NCBI GenBank assembly: GCA_018268035.1
Contig: JAFDXI010000043.1
Location: 17,169 to 49,168, forward strand
Reading direction: 5' to 3'
Length of the DNA stretch: 32,000 bases
DNA from: Bacteroidota bacterium
GTDB lineage: Bacteria > Bacteroidota > Bacteroidia > Chitinophagales > Chitinophagaceae
The notes below the pieces were generated by a model. The model did no database searches. It saw nothing but the letters and a program-made list of their open reading frames with translations, and was not told the origin of the DNA. Both the position numbers and the translations under genes were made by a program. Below are positions 9,877 to 19,364 of this stretch, one piece after another. Each line of letters opens with the position of its first letter. The stretch's first letter is position 1.

Positions 9877-10656
9877 ATGCACAACCAGCAGGATTTTATT
9901 TTAGACGTTGATGATCTCAATATTTATTACGGCAATTTCCAGGCAGTTAACAATGTTTCTTTTCATGTTTTACCCGGAGAAATTTTTGGATTATTAGGCC
10001 CGAATGGCGCCGGTAAAACAAGTACATTAAGTGCTATTGAAGGATTAATAAAACCACAATCAGGAAATATTTCAGTTGCAGGATATAACGTGAAAGAAAA
10101 GCCTTTGCATGCAAAAGCCTCCATGGGTGTGCAGTTACAATCCACCAACTTTCAACCTGAATTAAAAGTTAAAGAAATTATTGAGCTCTATGCAGGTATT
10201 TATGGTGTTGAATTAACAGTTGAAAAATTAAATGCAATTTTGTCTGAGAATAATTTACTCGAATCAAAAGATAAAAAGTTCAGCCAGCTTTCAGGTGGCC
10301 AGCAACAACGAGTTTCATTAAGTTTATGTGTATTGCACGATCCTAAATTATTGTTGCTGGATGAACCCACAACAGGCCTCGACCCGCAATCTCGCCGGCA
10401 GTTATGGGACAGGATGGAAGCTATTCGTGCAAAAGGCCGGGGCATTCTATTGACAACTCATTCTATGGAAGAAGCAGAAGCAGTTTGCGACCGCATTGCC
10501 ATCATTGACCATGGAAAAATTATTGCCATTGATGCACCGCAGGTCTTGATGGAATTACACCATAATGATCCTGAAGTAATAGCTGCTTCAAGAAAGGGAA
10601 AAATAACATTGGAAGATGTATTCATTGGTTTAACAGGACGCGAAGTCCGCAATTAA
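9877..10656 (+). CDS. ABC transporter ATP-binding protein
   Basis: Walker A (GPNGAGKTS), ABC signature (LSGGQQQR) and Walker B (LLLLDEPTTGLD) are present. I prefer the ATG at 9877 over the TTG at 9829 listed in the ORF track. Confidence 0.9.
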   Translation: MHNQQDFILDVDDLNIYYGNFQAVNNVSFHVLPGEIFGLLGPNGAGKTSTLSAIEGLIKPQSGNISVAGYNVKEKPLHAKASMGVQLQSTNFQPELKVKEIIELYAGIYGVELTVEKLNAILSENNLLESKDKKFSQLSGGQQQRVSLSLCVLHDPKLLLLDEPTTGLDPQSRRQLWDRMEAIRAKGRGILLTTHSMEEAEAVCDRIAIIDHGKIIAIDAPQVLMELHHNDPEVIAASRKGKITLEDVFIGLTGREVRN

Positions 10657-10663
10657 GAATAGT

Positions 10664-11413
10664 ATGGAAGTAACAGTGCCAACCACCTCTGCTGTATTAA
10701 AATCATTATTGCTTGCAGACCTCCGCACACAGTGGCGCAACCGAAGAGCAGTATTGCTCACCGTATTAGTACCGGTAATTATACTTTTTTCATGGAAGGG
10801 AATAATTGACCAGGTTGGCGGCGCATTTGCGCTGGGCACTTGTATCACCGTTGGTCTTATGGCTACAGGTTTAATGGGCTATACCAATTCAGTTGCGAGA
10901 GACAGAGACAAAGGAGTCTTTCAAAGATTGAGGGTAGCGCCTTTGCCTGCCTGGACTATCATGGTGAGCCGTTTGTTTGTACAATTGCTGATGATACTTG
11001 TTATCACTGCAACAGTTTTATTGGTGGGTTATTTTGCTGATCATATTGTGATACCTTCTGCCGGTTATGTATTAGCTTTTTTAGCTGCTATAGTCGGGGC
11101 TGCAGCATACCTCGCAATGGGGCAGGTAATTGTCGGCCTTATTAAAAACCCTGAAGTGGTACAGTCCACAACCCGGTTGGTATATTTTATTTTTATCATG
11201 GTGGGTATGTTAGGACAGTTAGGTGCATTAGGCGATTACGTCAAAGAATATGTTATATGGTCGCCTTATGGCACAGTACAAACCATCATTGCAGATGCTG
11301 TTGATCCTTCCAAATGGACATCCACTTCCACTGAAGCTTTGCTTATAACCGTTGGATACGCAGTTGTGTTTTTTATTGCCGGCATTAAAAAATTCCAGTG
11401 GAGCAATAAATAA
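10664..11413 (+). CDS. ABC-2 type transporter permease
   Basis: 249 aa with about six hydrophobic helices. It starts 8 nt after the ATPase gene, which is the typical ABC-2 exporter layout. Confidence 0.8.
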   Translation: MEVTVPTTSAVLKSLLLADLRTQWRNRRAVLLTVLVPVIILFSWKGIIDQVGGAFALGTCITVGLMATGLMGYTNSVARDRDKGVFQRLRVAPLPAWTIMVSRLFVQLLMILVITATVLLVGYFADHIVIPSAGYVLAFLAAIVGAAAYLAMGQVIVGLIKNPEVVQSTTRLVYFIFIMVGMLGQLGALGDYVKEYVIWSPYGTVQTIIADAVDPSKWTSTSTEALLITVGYAVVFFIAGIKKFQWSNK

Positions 11414-11555
11414 AATTTGCTAACGTACCGGCATTTACGAATTAAGCAGTGTTTTTTTGGTGACCAGCTTATTGCAGATGGCAGCTTCGTTGCGTCGCAT
11501 CACTGCAACTGCTGTAACTTTTATCAGCTCCGGTCTGCAGGTGTAAGTCGCTATA

Positions 11556-12050
11556 TTATTTTTCAGCCCTGAATTTTGCAAGAGGAGCCATCCGTGCTTT
11601 GTTTAAAGTTAAGATGCTGTCACCACCAAGCGAAAAATTATCAACATCGCTTAAAACTTTTTTTAGCCCATCTTCCACAGTCATATCAGGACAGGCCATC
11701 ATGGTTGACATCCCTTGTTTGAAACGGATACGCAGTGTTTGTTCATCCCATTCAAACTTACCACCAAGGCCATTGCAACCACCACTTGCAGTATAACTGC
11801 TGTCTTCTTTTTTAAACATAATAAATGGTTCTTTGCCATTTACAGAATCTGCAACAGGTTTGCCCATCAATTCAACAAGTTTCCATTTCTTGCCTGTGAT
11901 ACCACTGTCAATAGTTGCAGCCATCATTGTTGCTGGTGAAGTTTCAGCAATTGAAGAAGTTGAATCTGATGTTGATGTTGAATCTTTCGGGTTGCTACAT
12001 GCACTGATGAACAGGACTGCACAGAAAATAGAAAGGTGTATTGGTTTCAT
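11556..12050 (-). CDS. META-domain (HslJ-like) lipoprotein
   Basis: 164 aa with the lipobox FISAC. The segment KWKLVELMGKPV...ASGGCNGLGGKF...MMACP is the META/HslJ pattern. Confidence 0.8.
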   Translation of the reverse strand: MKPIHLSIFCAVLFISACSNPKDSTSTSDSTSSIAETSPATMMAATIDSGITGKKWKLVELMGKPVADSVNGKEPFIMFKKEDSSYTASGGCNGLGGKFEWDEQTLRIRFKQGMSTMMACPDMTVEDGLKKVLSDVDNFSLGGDSILTLNKARMAPLAKFRAEK

Positions 12051-12407
12051 GTCTGAATATTTATGAGTAAAAATAGGTAAACAGTTTTTAATAATTTTTT
12101 ATCCTGATATAAAATCGGGGAGAGTTGATATGAAGTAAATCGAATAATGAAACTTACAAAACATCAATAGAGTTTATTTTTTATGAAACATATCTTGAAA
12201 AATATTGTATTATTAATAGTGTTCCGAAGGATTGATTTTGAAATGCAATTCAAAATTTCAAATAACAGTTTGCATTCTTGTGAGATTTGTTGATTACGAA
12301 TATTGAAAAAATCACTAATAACCATTCATGTAAATTTTTTTTAGTTTCTTGGAACGCAATCCTGAAAACTTGCTAATTTGACCCAGTCTTTTTTGTATTA
12401 ACTGAAT

Positions 12408-14111
12408 ATGTCCATAAGGATGCTCATAAAATCAAATTTTATAAATGACTCTTTAAGCAGGTTTTTTACCTGGATGATATTCTTTATTTTTTATCCTTTA
12501 TGTATTTATGCACAACATGAGAATAGTTCTTCATTCAAAGGTGAATCTGAAATAAGAAAAATTTATGAGTTAAATGATAAAGCGGCAACACTTAACCGTG
12601 ATTCCACGAATGAAGCATTGACATTTGCACATGAAGCTTATTTGTTATCTATTAAAAACAATAATCAATTCTGGCAGGGAGTTTCATTGCTCAGGTTATC
12701 AGAAGGATATTTGTATAACGACAGTTACGACCAGGCATTACAGTATGCTTATAATGCACTGGATATTTTTGCAGGTTTAAAAAATGATTCTGCTATTGCA
12801 GAAGCCAACACAATGCTGGGTTGGATATTTTATGATTCAGAAAACCCTAATTTATCTCTTGACTATCATAAAAAAGCTTCAGTGATTTTTAGACGACTGA
12901 TGCTTGAAGATAAAGAATCGGTTTCCTTCAATGCGCTTGGGTTGGTTTTTCAGCAGATGAATAATAATGATTCAGCATATTATTATTTTGAAAAGTCGCT
13001 TGGACTGGCACAGAAAAATAATATGAGCCAGATGGTTTCTGCCGTCTTTAATAATATGGGCATCTGTGAGAATAACCGTGGTAATTTTGAACAGGCAATT
13101 TCACTTTTCAAACAAGCATTGCCACAGGCTTCAGCAACAGGAGATGAACTGAGAATAGCTGAAGTGCTGAACCAGGAAGCATTTTCTTACCTGCAAATGA
13201 AAGACTATAAAAAGGCAGATTCATTGCTCCGGCAGTCAAGGGAATTAATTAATAAGTCAACATCCAATACCCGCAAAGAAAAGCTGATGGACAACCTGCA
13301 TACTTCTGCTTTGTTATATGAAGCAACAGGTGATTATAAAAAAGCTTACCAGGACTTGCGGGAATATAACAGTGTGGGTGAAGAAATAATATCTCGAAAC
13401 AAAAGTGAAGTAATAGCCGCACAACATTTAAAACGGGAAACACAGGAAAGGGAAAATAAAATCAATGAGCTCAATGCCCAAAAAGAATTAAGGAATTTTC
13501 AGTTGTATGCTTTGATAGCTGTAGTGATTTTATTAATCATTATTGCTGCGCTTGCTTATAGCAGGATGCGCCATAAAAGGGAAAAGGAAAAACAGCAGGA
13601 GATGATGAACCAACTCATGCTAAAGAAAGAACTGGAAAGCTCAATTATTGAGAAAGAAAATTTAAACACAAAATTAGATTATAAAAACACCAGCCTTAAA
13701 GACTTTGCATTATTTGTAGCGCATAATAATGAATTGGTGAATGAATTAATAAAGGAGTTTGAAGTGCTTTTCTCAAAAATTGAATCGAAAAATTATTTGC
13801 TTCCAGAGAATAAAAAAATAATCCGGGATTTCTTACATAAATATGAACAGAACCTGGAAAGAAGTGGTTTTAATCTGAAGGCTGATGAAATACAATCTGA
13901 TTTTTTGTATAACCTGCTGCAGAAGTACCCTGACCTTTCAGAAAATGAACAAAAACTTTGTTCGCAGATTCGCCACAATCTTTCATCAAAAGAAATAGCT
14001 TCAGAAAATAATATTTCTGTAAAATCTGTAGAGATGGCACGTTACCGTTTGCGAAAACGTTTTGGCCTCAATCAAAAAGAAGACCTGAACGAATTTCTGC
14101 GGGCTTTCTGA
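12408..14111 (+). CDS. Membrane-spanning TPR-repeat / LuxR-type HTH transcriptional regulator
   Basis: 567 aa. An N-terminal hydrophobic segment is followed by about 300 aa of TPR-like repeats, with recurring A..Y..AL and G-x-x-Y motifs. A TM helix (LYALIAVVILLIIIAALAY) and a coiled region follow. The C-terminal LuxR/GerE HTH reads LSENEQKLCSQIRHNLSSKEIASENNISVKSVEMARYRLRKRFGL (nt about 13935-14070). Confidence 0.8.
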   Translation: MSIRMLIKSNFINDSLSRFFTWMIFFIFYPLCIYAQHENSSSFKGESEIRKIYELNDKAATLNRDSTNEALTFAHEAYLLSIKNNNQFWQGVSLLRLSEGYLYNDSYDQALQYAYNALDIFAGLKNDSAIAEANTMLGWIFYDSENPNLSLDYHKKASVIFRRLMLEDKESVSFNALGLVFQQMNNNDSAYYYFEKSLGLAQKNNMSQMVSAVFNNMGICENNRGNFEQAISLFKQALPQASATGDELRIAEVLNQEAFSYLQMKDYKKADSLLRQSRELINKSTSNTRKEKLMDNLHTSALLYEATGDYKKAYQDLREYNSVGEEIISRNKSEVIAAQHLKRETQERENKINELNAQKELRNFQLYALIAVVILLIIIAALAYSRMRHKREKEKQQEMMNQLMLKKELESSIIEKENLNTKLDYKNTSLKDFALFVAHNNELVNELIKEFEVLFSKIESKNYLLPENKKIIRDFLHKYEQNLERSGFNLKADEIQSDFLYNLLQKYPDLSENEQKLCSQIRHNLSSKEIASENNISVKSVEMARYRLRKRFGLNQKEDLNEFLRAF

Positions 14112-14285
14112 TTGCATATTTTTCTTTTATAAAAATCATCCGGCTGTGATAGCATGTATGAATAAAAAAATATATTCATATTGATAAAAGCCTGTGCAGG
14201 TTTCTAATCTTTTTTAATTAGATGTTTGCAATTTCTCTAATCAATACATATTGTGATTTTTCTTCTCCTCCCTCTGAAAACAAAA

Positions 14286-14310
14286 GTTGTGTAGAGGTTG
14301 TGTAGAGGTG
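14286..14310. repeat. Perfect 11-bp tandem direct repeat (GTTGTGTAGAG x2 plus partial copy); candidate operator upstream of susC
   Basis: The two copies at 14286-14296 and 14297-14307 are identical. A partial third copy and degenerate TGTAGG/TATAGG copies extend to about 14331. The repeat lies 133-157 nt upstream of the susC ATG. Confidence 0.4.
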
Positions 14311-14442
14311 TTTTTATAGGTTTTGTAGGTGCTTCAAAAAAATATTTCCCTGATTATCTCTCTATGTTTATCCTCTCAAAAATTTCAAAGCCTTGAATGA
14401 ATGAAATGGCTTTGAGCAATCATTTTCCAAATTCAAATTTTT

Positions 14443-17400
14443 ATGATTATGAGACGATTGTTTTCAAAATGCAAAACGTATTTACAGGTAATTCCACTTA
14501 CATTCCTGTTTGTTTTTTTCACAACTGGTTCAATCCTTGCACAGCAATCCAATGTGACAGGTACTGTGTATGATGAAACAGGTAATCCGGTTAGCGGTGC
14601 AACAGTCCATATTAAAAATTCAAGTGTTGCAACAATTTCAGATGCAGCAGGACATTTTTCAATCAATGCATCTCCGGATGCTATTTTGGTAATCACATTT
14701 GTAGGTTTCGCTGATAAAGAAGAACCTCTTAATGGTAAGAACTCTGTTACAGTACATCTTTCGAGGGGGAATAACTATCTGGATGATGTGGTAGTAGTGG
14801 CTTATGGCACTCAAAAAAAGAGTGACATAACCGGCGCTGTTTCATCAGTAAAAGGAGACGATATAGAAAAAATTGCAACCAACAATCCCGTCAATGCATT
14901 ACAGGGAAAAGTTGCCGGACTGAATGTAACAAGTCCCGGTGGTAATCCCGGTCAGATGTCTGATGTGCGTCTGAGGGGTATCGGTACTTTCGGCGGTCAC
15001 CAACCATTGTATATTATTGATGGTACACCTGGTGATCCTTATTATCTGACTAATGATGATATCGCTTCCATTGAAGTATTAAAAGATGGCGCTGCTGCAG
15101 CAATTTATGGTTCAAACAGTGCTAATGGTGTTATTATCATTAATACTAAAAAGGGTAAGAAAGGTGAACCGCAAATAAATTTTAGCGCTTATTACAGTTT
15201 GATAAACCCGACGAATTCTTACGATCTCCTGGATGCTGAAGGTTATAAAAAAGTACATCGCATGATGTATGAAAATGCAGGAGCTACACCTCTGCCGGAT
15301 TATATTACAACCAGTACAGGTGTCAATACTGATTGGCAGGACCTGGTTAACCAACAAGGTAATGGGCAAAATTATAGTCTGGGTATTAGTGGTGGTGGAG
15401 AATATGTAACTTATAATCTCAGCGCTGACCTGAATGATGAAAAAGGTACACTCATCGGATCAGATTTTGGTAAGAAATCTATCCGTTCAGTTAATGCTTT
15501 GAATAAAGGCATATTAAGTGTTGAAAATATTTTTTTGTATTCAGACATCAAATCCACACCATTCCAATTTGATTTAAGAGATGCTTATTTTCAATCTCCG
15601 TTATTACCGGTTTTTGATCCATCTGAGCCTTATGGTTATGCGCTTACTGTAAATGGTTTGCCTAAATTTCAAAACCCCGTAGGGTATCAACATTTTGTTG
15701 AGGGATATACAAAAACACAATACTTCTCTGATAATTTAAAAATCAAATTGCAATTATTTAAAGGCCTTACATATACAGCCAACCTGAGTTATATATCTGC
15801 CAACAGTTTTGATTATGCGCACCATCCTCCTTTCCGTGCTAATGCAAATGATCCTGCTGTTTCATATCCTTATGTTTATAACAGCCGGTCCAATTATAAA
15901 GAACAGTTGATGGAACACCTGCTTAATTACAAAATAAAAATCAACAAACACAATATTGATTTGCTCGCAGGTTATTCAGCTCTTCAGAAAACAAATGAAT
16001 ATTTAAGTGTTACAGCTGATGGAAAAACCGTTGTTCGTTCTGTTGTTAACGGAAGTATTGTTGAAACAGAAGTGGCAGGTGGTTTTCCCGATCCTGATTT
16101 TAATACTATCAACGCCGGGCTTGGTGGAACTTTTTCTGCTGCCGGTACAAACAACAAGTATGTCAGGTTATCAACCTTCGGCAGGATCAATTATGATTAT
16201 GATGGCAAATACCTTTTACAAGTAACAGTGAGAAGAGATGGGTCATCCGTATTTGGTGCGAACAGCCGTTTTGGTGTATTCCCTTCAGTTGCTTTGGGAT
16301 GGAATATCAATAAAGAAAAATTTATGAAGAATGTGGATTGGATCAATGTCTTAAAGATAAGAGCAAGCTATGGTGAATTGGGGAATGAAGGTGCTTTAGG
16401 TTATTATGATCACCAGGCATTGATAGTAACGGCCAATGACTGGTCGGGAGGTTATGTGCAGGGATCCGGAGCTTCAACATGGCCTGGTTCTGCAAGCTAT
16501 ACACTCCAAAACAGGGACCTGAAATGGGAGACGAGCAAATCAACCAACATCGGTATTGATTTCGGTGTTTTGAACAACAGGCTTACAGGCTCTGTCAACT
16601 ATTTTGATAATATAACTGATGGACTGCTGATAACAAAAGAAGTGCCTCCATCTGCAGGAGTTGATGACCCGATTTTGAATGTTGGTAAAATCTCCAACAA
16701 GGGTCTTGAATTGGAATTCACTTATAATATTTCAAACAAAGATTGGAACTTGAGTTTTACAGGTTCTGCAACTTATCTGAAAAATAGAGTAGTGCAACTT
16801 GCAGATGCAGGACAAACTTTATATGGCACCGGTTTAAAATTCGGTACTGACCATATACCTACACAAACTATGGTGGGCAAAGAAATTGGCGCTTACTATT
16901 TATATGAAGCAATGGGAATATTTCAAAGTGATGCAGAAGCTGAAGCTTATACTAATAAAGACGGTGATATGTTGCAGCCTGATGCAAAAGCAGGAGACAT
17001 CAAATTCAGAGATGCTAATGGTGATGGTGTTATTGATGAGTCTGATAAAACATACCAGGGCACAGGATTTCCAAAGATTGAATATGGATTGAATATAGCA
17101 GCCAATTATAAAAGTTTTGACCTCACCATTTTCATCCAGGGTGTTGGTGGAAATAAAATTTATAATGGCAACCGTTTTGAAATGGAAGGAATGGATGCTG
17201 GCCGTAATTTTCTTTCAACAACTTTAAATGCATGGACTTCGCAAAATACAAATACTTCTATGCCACGTGCAGTTTTAGGTGACCCGAATGGCAACAACCG
17301 CGAGTCAACACGTTTCCTTGAAAGTGGCGCTTACCTCCGCATGAAGATGGTGCAGGTTGGATACACTTTCCCTTATGATGTGTTGAAAAAAATCTATGTG

Positions 17401-17565
17401 AAAAAATTAAGGATTTATGTTGGCGCACAAAACATGTTTACCATAACAAAATATTCAGGTCTTGATCCTGAAGTTGGAAATTTTAATGTGTTGAATACCG
17501 GTGTTGACAGGATGATGTATCCGCAGAATAAAAAATGGATTGCCGGTTTGCAGATCAGCCTTTAA
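14443..17565 (+). CDS. susC: SusC/RagA-family TonB-dependent outer-membrane transporter
   Basis: 1040 aa. A signal peptide is followed by a carboxypeptidase-regulatory-like N-domain (VTGTVYDETGNPVSGATVHIKNS) and a plug (VVVVAYGTQKKSDITGAV...NALQGKVAGLNV). A long beta-barrel ends in the aromatic-rich C-terminus WIAGLQISL. There is no N-terminal anti-sigma signalling extension. Confidence 0.95.
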   Translation: MIMRRLFSKCKTYLQVIPLTFLFVFFTTGSILAQQSNVTGTVYDETGNPVSGATVHIKNSSVATISDAAGHFSINASPDAILVITFVGFADKEEPLNGKNSVTVHLSRGNNYLDDVVVVAYGTQKKSDITGAVSSVKGDDIEKIATNNPVNALQGKVAGLNVTSPGGNPGQMSDVRLRGIGTFGGHQPLYIIDGTPGDPYYLTNDDIASIEVLKDGAAAAIYGSNSANGVIIINTKKGKKGEPQINFSAYYSLINPTNSYDLLDAEGYKKVHRMMYENAGATPLPDYITTSTGVNTDWQDLVNQQGNGQNYSLGISGGGEYVTYNLSADLNDEKGTLIGSDFGKKSIRSVNALNKGILSVENIFLYSDIKSTPFQFDLRDAYFQSPLLPVFDPSEPYGYALTVNGLPKFQNPVGYQHFVEGYTKTQYFSDNLKIKLQLFKGLTYTANLSYISANSFDYAHHPPFRANANDPAVSYPYVYNSRSNYKEQLMEHLLNYKIKINKHNIDLLAGYSALQKTNEYLSVTADGKTVVRSVVNGSIVETEVAGGFPDPDFNTINAGLGGTFSAAGTNNKYVRLSTFGRINYDYDGKYLLQVTVRRDGSSVFGANSRFGVFPSVALGWNINKEKFMKNVDWINVLKIRASYGELGNEGALGYYDHQALIVTANDWSGGYVQGSGASTWPGSASYTLQNRDLKWETSKSTNIGIDFGVLNNRLTGSVNYFDNITDGLLITKEVPPSAGVDDPILNVGKISNKGLELEFTYNISNKDWNLSFTGSATYLKNRVVQLADAGQTLYGTGLKFGTDHIPTQTMVGKEIGAYYLYEAMGIFQSDAEAEAYTNKDGDMLQPDAKAGDIKFRDANGDGVIDESDKTYQGTGFPKIEYGLNIAANYKSFDLTIFIQGVGGNKIYNGNRFEMEGMDAGRNFLSTTLNAWTSQNTNTSMPRAVLGDPNGNNRESTRFLESGAYLRMKMVQVGYTFPYDVLKKIYVKKLRIYVGAQNMFTITKYSGLDPEVGNFNVLNTGVDRMMYPQNKKWIAGLQISL

Positions 17566-17640
17566 TGAATCATAATAAAAAACAATAATGATGAAACAAA
17601 AAAGTTTCATCTGTTTCAAATAAATTTTAAAATCAGAAAA

Positions 17641-19170
17641 ATGAAAAATTTCAAATTCATAATATGTATCACTATGCTGGCCATCACATCAGTGGCATGC
17701 AAAAAAAGTGTACTGGATCAGAATGCACCTGACCAGTTGACTACTGATAATTTTTATACATCAAAAGAAAAAGCTTTATCAGGTTTGTCTGCTGCTTATT
17801 CACAGTTAGAAGATTTTGTAGGTTGGGACAATTATGTTGAAGCCCGCTCTGTGCGTGAGTTTTACAGGGAAGATTATGTAGTGCCCGGCCCTGATGCTGC
17901 CAATTATCCATGGTGGACCGAGCATTATAATTTTTCTTTTACTTCAGGCAATTATGCAATTGATTTATTGTGGAGAGATAATTATCGTGGTATCAATTAT
18001 GCCAACCAGGTGATTGAAGGAGTTGAAAATATGCCTGACGGTTCTATTGATGATGTTTCTAAAAAACAAATTATTGCTGAAGCAAAATTTCTGAGGGCTT
18101 ATTATCATTTTAAATTGCTGACCAACTTTGAAAAAATAATACTTCGCGATAAAGTGCCTACTGGTGGTGATGATCTTCCTGCTCCGTTGTCAGAAAGAGC
18201 AGATGCATATAATATGATCCTAAATGATATGAAAGAAGCAGTAGCAGATTTACCATTGAGGAGCCAGCGGCCTGCAACAGAATTGGGCAGAATAACCAAA
18301 GGCGCTGCGGAAGCTTATATCGGCAAGATTGATTTGTATCGTGCTGATGAAGACCAGGCTAATGCTGCAACTTATCTTGCAGAAGCAGCTACCAACCTCA
18401 GTGATGTAATTGCTTCAGGAGAATATAGTATTGATCCTGACTTTATGGATATGTTCAACGGCACAACAAAAAATGGTGTAGAATCAATTTTTGAATTACA
18501 ACAAACTTCAGATGCATCCAATGGCGCTTATTACCGTTCTTATTTGAGTGATTGGGTTACTGCATGGCAATTGGGTGGATATGGAGAGATCTATGGAACA
18601 CAACGCCTGCTTGATGAAATGACAAAAGAAGGAAAAGTAGCAGCAGGTGGTTTGTATGATCCAAGAATATATGGCACTATATATTTTGAAGACAGTTATT
18701 TTAATGATCCGCAAAACCCGCGGGTGTATGATCAGACTTATAATGATTATTTTGGTAATGGAAGCGGCGTTATTGCATTTAGAAAATGGACTCCAGCTAC
18801 TATTGATCGTATAGGCCGTTCCAATGCCATCAATGTTCCTTTGATGCGACTTGCTGATGTAATGTTATTGTATGCAGAAGTTTTGAATGACCAGGGAAAG
18901 GCGAATGAAGCGCTTACATATATTAACCAGTTGAGAAGTAAGAGGGGCAATATGCCTGCATTGAATATAAGTTCAAATGATGATGTATTTAATGCCATCA
19001 TGCATGAAAGGGTGATGGAATTCACTTTGGAAAGCAGCCGCTTTTATGATTTGAGAAGGTGGGGGCTACTTGAACAAAACATGCAGGAAGCAGGAAGAAG
19101 TTATACACCTGATAAAGCATTTTATCCTTTGCCTTTAAAGGAAATTATTAATAATCCTGAAGCGAATTAA
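17641..19170 (+). CDS. susD: SusD/RagB-family outer-membrane lipoprotein
   Basis: 509 aa with the lipobox SVAC. The SusD-like C-terminal motif RVMEFTLESSRFYDLRRWG is present. The gene lies immediately downstream of susC. Confidence 0.9.
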   Translation: MKNFKFIICITMLAITSVACKKSVLDQNAPDQLTTDNFYTSKEKALSGLSAAYSQLEDFVGWDNYVEARSVREFYREDYVVPGPDAANYPWWTEHYNFSFTSGNYAIDLLWRDNYRGINYANQVIEGVENMPDGSIDDVSKKQIIAEAKFLRAYYHFKLLTNFEKIILRDKVPTGGDDLPAPLSERADAYNMILNDMKEAVADLPLRSQRPATELGRITKGAAEAYIGKIDLYRADEDQANAATYLAEAATNLSDVIASGEYSIDPDFMDMFNGTTKNGVESIFELQQTSDASNGAYYRSYLSDWVTAWQLGGYGEIYGTQRLLDEMTKEGKVAAGGLYDPRIYGTIYFEDSYFNDPQNPRVYDQTYNDYFGNGSGVIAFRKWTPATIDRIGRSNAINVPLMRLADVMLLYAEVLNDQGKANEALTYINQLRSKRGNMPALNISSNDDVFNAIMHERVMEFTLESSRFYDLRRWGLLEQNMQEAGRSYTPDKAFYPLPLKEIINNPEAN

Positions 19171-19191
19171 TAAAGAATAAAATCTGTCTTG

Positions 19192-19221
19192 AATATAGGC
19201 AGGGTGCATCCTGCCTATATT
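19192..19221 (+). other. Perfect 12-bp stem / 6-nt loop hairpin between susD and the GH2 gene
   Basis: AATATAGGCAGG (19192-19203) and CCTGCCTATATT (19210-19221) are exact reverse complements. No U-tract follows. Confidence 0.5.
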
Positions 19222-19364
19222 ACTTCTCCTGATTGATTTTATAAAATCAATAAGCTATTTGTAAATTATTATTAGCACTGAATACTGTATATTCAGGTGA
19301 GATTTATACTTCGAAGTATTAAATTCAAAAAGGATTTTATTACTTTTTTATTTGTCTATCCATA

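Noticed and set aside
12235-12256. Palindrome ATTTTGAA-N6-TTCAAAAT upstream of the regulator gene
   Set aside because: It consists almost entirely of A/T in an AT-rich intergenic region, so chance occurrence is plausible. It has no second copy and no known consensus match.
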